Source: Armatimonadota bacterium (GTDB lineage Bacteria > Armatimonadota > UBA10988). Taken from it: DNA of 64,000 nucleotides. Within the stretch, counting starts at the first letter, position 1, and the number at the start of each line of letters is the position of its first letter. The notes beneath the pieces are model-generated. The model saw nothing but the letters and a program-made list of their open reading frames with translations, was not told where the DNA came from and did not search any database. Shown piece by piece: positions 60,863 through 64,000 of this stretch. The stretch lies in NCBI GenBank assembly GCA_016235455.1, contig JACRKZ010000093.1, forward strand, positions 9,225 through 73,224. The letters are read 5' to 3'. A program made the position numbers and the translations under genes.

Positions 60863-61735
60863 ATGGCCGATGGCGGCACCTCCTGGTGGAAAGTGGTCAA
60901 AGCGGCATTCTCGTTCCGGTTTCCGGTGCGGGGCCTGGGCGGCGTGCCGCTCAACTTCCTGTGCCTGGCGGCGGGCGCGGTCTTCGCGCTGCTGTTCGCC
61001 ATCGCCGGGCAGATGGCGCCCGCCGCGGGCGTGGTCCTGCTGACCACGGCCTATGAGTTGGCCTACCTCTACTTCATGGCCTCGCTGCCGCGGTTCCGCG
61101 CCATGGTCGGCGCCGATGTGGCCGCGGAGGCCGCCGAGCGGCCGCGTCAGGCCGTGCGCCAACTGGCCAGCCAACTGAGCCGCGCCGCGGGCCAACGGCT
61201 GGAGCGCATCTCCGCGCTGCGTGGCGAGATTGAGTCGCTGCTGACCGAGAGCGCCGGTGCCGGCGAGTCCTGGGTCGACGCTTTACGAACCGGCGGCCTG
61301 GCCGACATCGAGCAGATGTCCGTGCGCCTGCTGTGGCACCAGGAGCGCCTGCGCGGCTACCTGGCCAGCGGCATGGGCGAGAACCTGCCCAAGCAGATCG
61401 AACTGCTCGAGCGCGAAGTCAAGGCGGCCAACCTGTCGCCCGCACTGCGCGACACCAAGCAGAAGACGCTCGACGTATTGCGCCAGCGCTGGGACCAGCT
61501 CGACCACATGCGCCAGACCTTCGAACTGGCCGGCGCCGAGCTGGACCGGCTCGAGCAGCACCTCGGGCTGCTGCGCGACCAGGCCGCCGCGGGCGAAGGC
61601 CTGTCGGGCATGGCCGAGCAGATCGACTCCGTGGTCACCGGCATCACCGATACCGCCGGCTGGTTGACGGACAGCGAGCGCATGTTGGGCGATGATGATA
61701 GCAGCACGGAGAGCGTCGACACGACCGCCTCGTGA
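60863..61735 (+). CDS. Membrane-anchored coiled-coil hypothetical protein
   Basis: Two N-terminal TMs followed by a long heptad-rich helical region; 5 nt after the ATPase. Confidence 0.8.
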   Translation: MADGGTSWWKVVKAAFSFRFPVRGLGGVPLNFLCLAAGAVFALLFAIAGQMAPAAGVVLLTTAYELAYLYFMASLPRFRAMVGADVAAEAAERPRQAVRQLASQLSRAAGQRLERISALRGEIESLLTESAGAGESWVDALRTGGLADIEQMSVRLLWHQERLRGYLASGMGENLPKQIELLEREVKAANLSPALRDTKQKTLDVLRQRWDQLDHMRQTFELAGAELDRLEQHLGLLRDQAAAGEGLSGMAEQIDSVVTGITDTAGWLTDSERMLGDDDSSTESVDTTAS

Positions 61736-61751
61736 TCGCCTGGAGCCTGAC

Positions 61752-62579
61752 GTGGAGAGCCCGGATCTGGATGTGAAGCTGGACGCCCTCCGGCAACGCC
61801 TGCGCAGCCTCGGCCGCGTGGCCATCGCCTATTCAGGCGGTGTGGACAGCACGTTCCTGGCCGCTGTGGCGCAGGAGGTGCTGCGCGACGGCGCGTTGGC
61901 CATCACCGCCGACTGGGATGTGGTGCCCCGCCGCGAGGTGGTCGAGGCGCTCGAGCTGGCCCGGCACATCGGCATCCGCCATCGCGTGGTCATCGCCGCC
62001 GCCGTGGCCGAGGACCCGCTGTTCCAGTCCAATCCGCCCGACCGCTGCTACCACTGCAAGGCCGCGCTCTGCCGGCTCATCGGCCAGCTGGCTGCCGCCG
62101 AGGGCTTTGAGCACATCCTGCACGGCGAGGTGGCCGACGACGCCGACGACTACCGGCCCGGCAAGCGCGCCGCCGACGAGGCCGGCCTGCTCAGCCCGCT
62201 GGCCGACGCCGGCCTGACCAAGCCCGAGGTGCGCCTGCTCTCCGCGCGCTACGGTCTGCCCACCGCCGACAAACCCAGCTTCGCCTGCCTGGCCTCGCGC
62301 ATCCCCTATGGCAGCGTGATCACCACCGAGAAGCTGCTGCAAGTCGAGAACGCCGAAGACCTGCTCGCCGCCGAGGGCTTCCGCCAGTTCCGTGTGCGCC
62401 ACCACGGCGACACCGCGCGTATCGAAGTGCCCAGCGAAGACCTGCCGCGCCTGCTCGAACCCGAGCGCTCGGCACGCCTGCACGAAGGCATCCGCGCGCT
62501 GGGCTTCCAGCACGTCACCGCCGACCTGCGCGGCTTCCACAGCGGCGGCCTGAATGAATACCTGCAAGTCTCAAAATAA
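61752..62579 (+). CDS. larE: LarE-family ATP-dependent sulfur transferase (PP-loop), copy 1
   Basis: AYSGGVDS, NPPDRCYHCK, DDYRPG, KPSFACLASRIPYG, RVRHHG..ARIEV, DLRGF.SG.LN. Confidence 0.88.
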   Translation: MESPDLDVKLDALRQRLRSLGRVAIAYSGGVDSTFLAAVAQEVLRDGALAITADWDVVPRREVVEALELARHIGIRHRVVIAAAVAEDPLFQSNPPDRCYHCKAALCRLIGQLAAAEGFEHILHGEVADDADDYRPGKRAADEAGLLSPLADAGLTKPEVRLLSARYGLPTADKPSFACLASRIPYGSVITTEKLLQVENAEDLLAAEGFRQFRVRHHGDTARIEVPSEDLPRLLEPERSARLHEGIRALGFQHVTADLRGFHSGGLNEYLQVSK

Positions 62580-62614
62580 GGTAGACTACTCCTGTTTGAC
62601 CATGGGAGCGATCC

Positions 62615-63460
62615 GTGACGACCGATCTGCAAGCCAAGTTCGATAGCCTCAAAGAGCATCTCCAGCGCCTGGGCCGGGTCATTGTGGCCTACTCGGGCGG
62701 GGTAGATAGCACGTTGCTGGCCGCCGTGGCGTACGATGTGCTGGGCGACCAGGCGCTGGCCGTGACCGCCGACTCGCCGAGTATTCCGCGGCGCGAGCTG
62801 CGCGACGCCGTGGCGCTGGCCGAGCGCATCGGCATGGCCCACCGCATCGTGGCCACGCACGAGGGCGACGACCCCAACTACCGCGCCAATCCGGCCAACC
62901 GCTGCTACTACTGCAAGTCCGAGCTGTTCAAAGTGCTTGGCGCCCTGGCCGAGGCCGAGGGCTGGCCGCACCTGGTCTACGGCGCCATCACCGACGACCT
63001 GGGCGACCATCGACCGGGCATGAACGCCGCGCGCGAGCACCAGGTGCACTGGCCGCTGGCCGCCGCCGGTCTGGACAAGAGCGATGTGCGAGCGCTTTCG
63101 GCGCACTACGACTTGCCCACCGCCGACAAGCCAAGCTTCGCCTGCCTGTCCTCGCGCATCCCTTACGGCCAGGAAGTGACGCCCGAGAAGCTGCGCCAGG
63201 TGGAGCAGGCCGAGGATCTGCTGTTGGCCGAGGGCTTCACCCAGCTCCGCGTGCGCCATCACGGCGACATCGCGCGCATCGAGGTGCCGGCGGACGACCT
63301 GCCGAAGCTGGTGCAAGACGGGCGGGCCGAGCGGCTGGTGGCGGGCATCAAGGCGCTGGGCTTCGCCTATGTGACGGCCGACCTGTTGGGCTTTAGAAGC
63401 GGGAGTATGAACGAAGGGCTGAAGGCCGAAGAGCAGGTGATTCCGCTGGCGGCGCTGTAG
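62615..63460 (+). CDS. larE: LarE-family ATP-dependent sulfur transferase (PP-loop), copy 2
   Basis: AYSGGVDS, NPANRCYYCK, DDLGDHRPG, KPSFACLSSRIPYG, GFRSGSMN. Confidence 0.9.
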   Translation: MTTDLQAKFDSLKEHLQRLGRVIVAYSGGVDSTLLAAVAYDVLGDQALAVTADSPSIPRRELRDAVALAERIGMAHRIVATHEGDDPNYRANPANRCYYCKSELFKVLGALAEAEGWPHLVYGAITDDLGDHRPGMNAAREHQVHWPLAAAGLDKSDVRALSAHYDLPTADKPSFACLSSRIPYGQEVTPEKLRQVEQAEDLLLAEGFTQLRVRHHGDIARIEVPADDLPKLVQDGRAERLVAGIKALGFAYVTADLLGFRSGSMNEGLKAEEQVIPLAAL

Positions 63461-63885
63461 GCGCGGTCAGCGATCCTGGGAGCGCCGCGCTCCCGCGCGG
63501 CACCCAGTGTCACCTACGCCCCTGCATCCTCGATCAGCCGCGCCAGTGCCGGTACGCCAATCTCCAGACTGGCATCGGCCGGAGGCGAAGCCGCAGGTCG
63601 ACATCGCGGCGGACCGGAGGCCAACGGTGGTCCTTCGGACCACTGCCAAACTGGGGATTGGCGCACCGGCGTCAGTGATGCCGGTGCGACGCTCGGGAGG
63701 CTGCCACCGCAGAGTGGAGAGCCGGACAACGTACCGGCTGTGGAGCGCATCGACGCTCGCCAACTCGTGCCACGCCCAGTGCTCGCCCACGTACCATCCT
63801 TGCTCGCCACCGCGATTCCGCCCCGGCGCGAGCGACCGGTGCAGGGGCGTGTCATCGCTCAACCCGCCGCGCCGCCGAACCCAGC

Positions 63886-63898
63886 GCGGTGCTACACT
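63886..63898 (+). promoter_or_regulatory. Extended -10 promoter element
   Basis: GCGGTGCTACACT, identical to 27444-27456, upstream of the next gene. Confidence 0.5.
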
Positions 63899-63946
63899 AC
63901 CCGCCGGCGGCAGGGCCAACGTAGGCCGCCGCACACGAGGTGAACC

Positions 63947-64000
63947 ATGTCGGTGATTCCGATTGCGCTACAGATGTACACGGTGCGCGACTACACCGCC
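63947..64000 (+). CDS. Sugar phosphate isomerase/epimerase (xylose-isomerase-like TIM barrel), 5' fragment
   Basis: GAGGTG RBS; MSVIPIALQMYTVRD is the typical LQ.YTVRD N-terminus; runs off the window. Confidence 0.75.
   Translation, partial: MSVIPIALQMYTVRDYTA

Noticed and set aside
63467-63934. Minus-strand 155-aa ORF between larE and the isomerase
   Set aside because: No RBS or recognisable motif, and it overlaps the downstream promoter; at most a decayed fragment

Overview
A GC-rich (roughly 70%) chromosomal window from a diderm bacterium. 16S signatures and gene content tentatively suggest Armatimonadota; this is unverified. In order it holds: a MarR-TolC-adaptor-MacB-type efflux operon, GDPD/rnhB/yraN, a hybrid histidine kinase, two Gfo/Idh/MocA paralogs, dapF, and a full rrn operon (16S-tRNA-Ile-tRNA-Ala-23S-5S). 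After that come a partly decayed sugar-modification island with two radical SAM genes, secreted proteins and a four-gene surface glycosylation locus. The most striking feature is an array of five paralogous ~500-aa secreted proteins (36.2-44.1 kb). They share an STN-like N-domain and a conserved C-terminal motif, four carry Gly/Pro-rich low-complexity inserts, and the array sits behind an ECF-type promoter. Then follow csp, moeB-like/PHP/murC, two large carboxypeptidase-regulatory-like repeat paralogs, a GH31, an OmpA-fused NitT/TauT-type ABC operon and tandem larE-like genes. Four junctions look like assembly or scaffolding artefacts rather than biology: the TolC 5' end, the 16S 5' end, the murC 5' end and an exact 55-bp duplication in GH31. 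All family calls come from motif recognition by eye; no database search was run.
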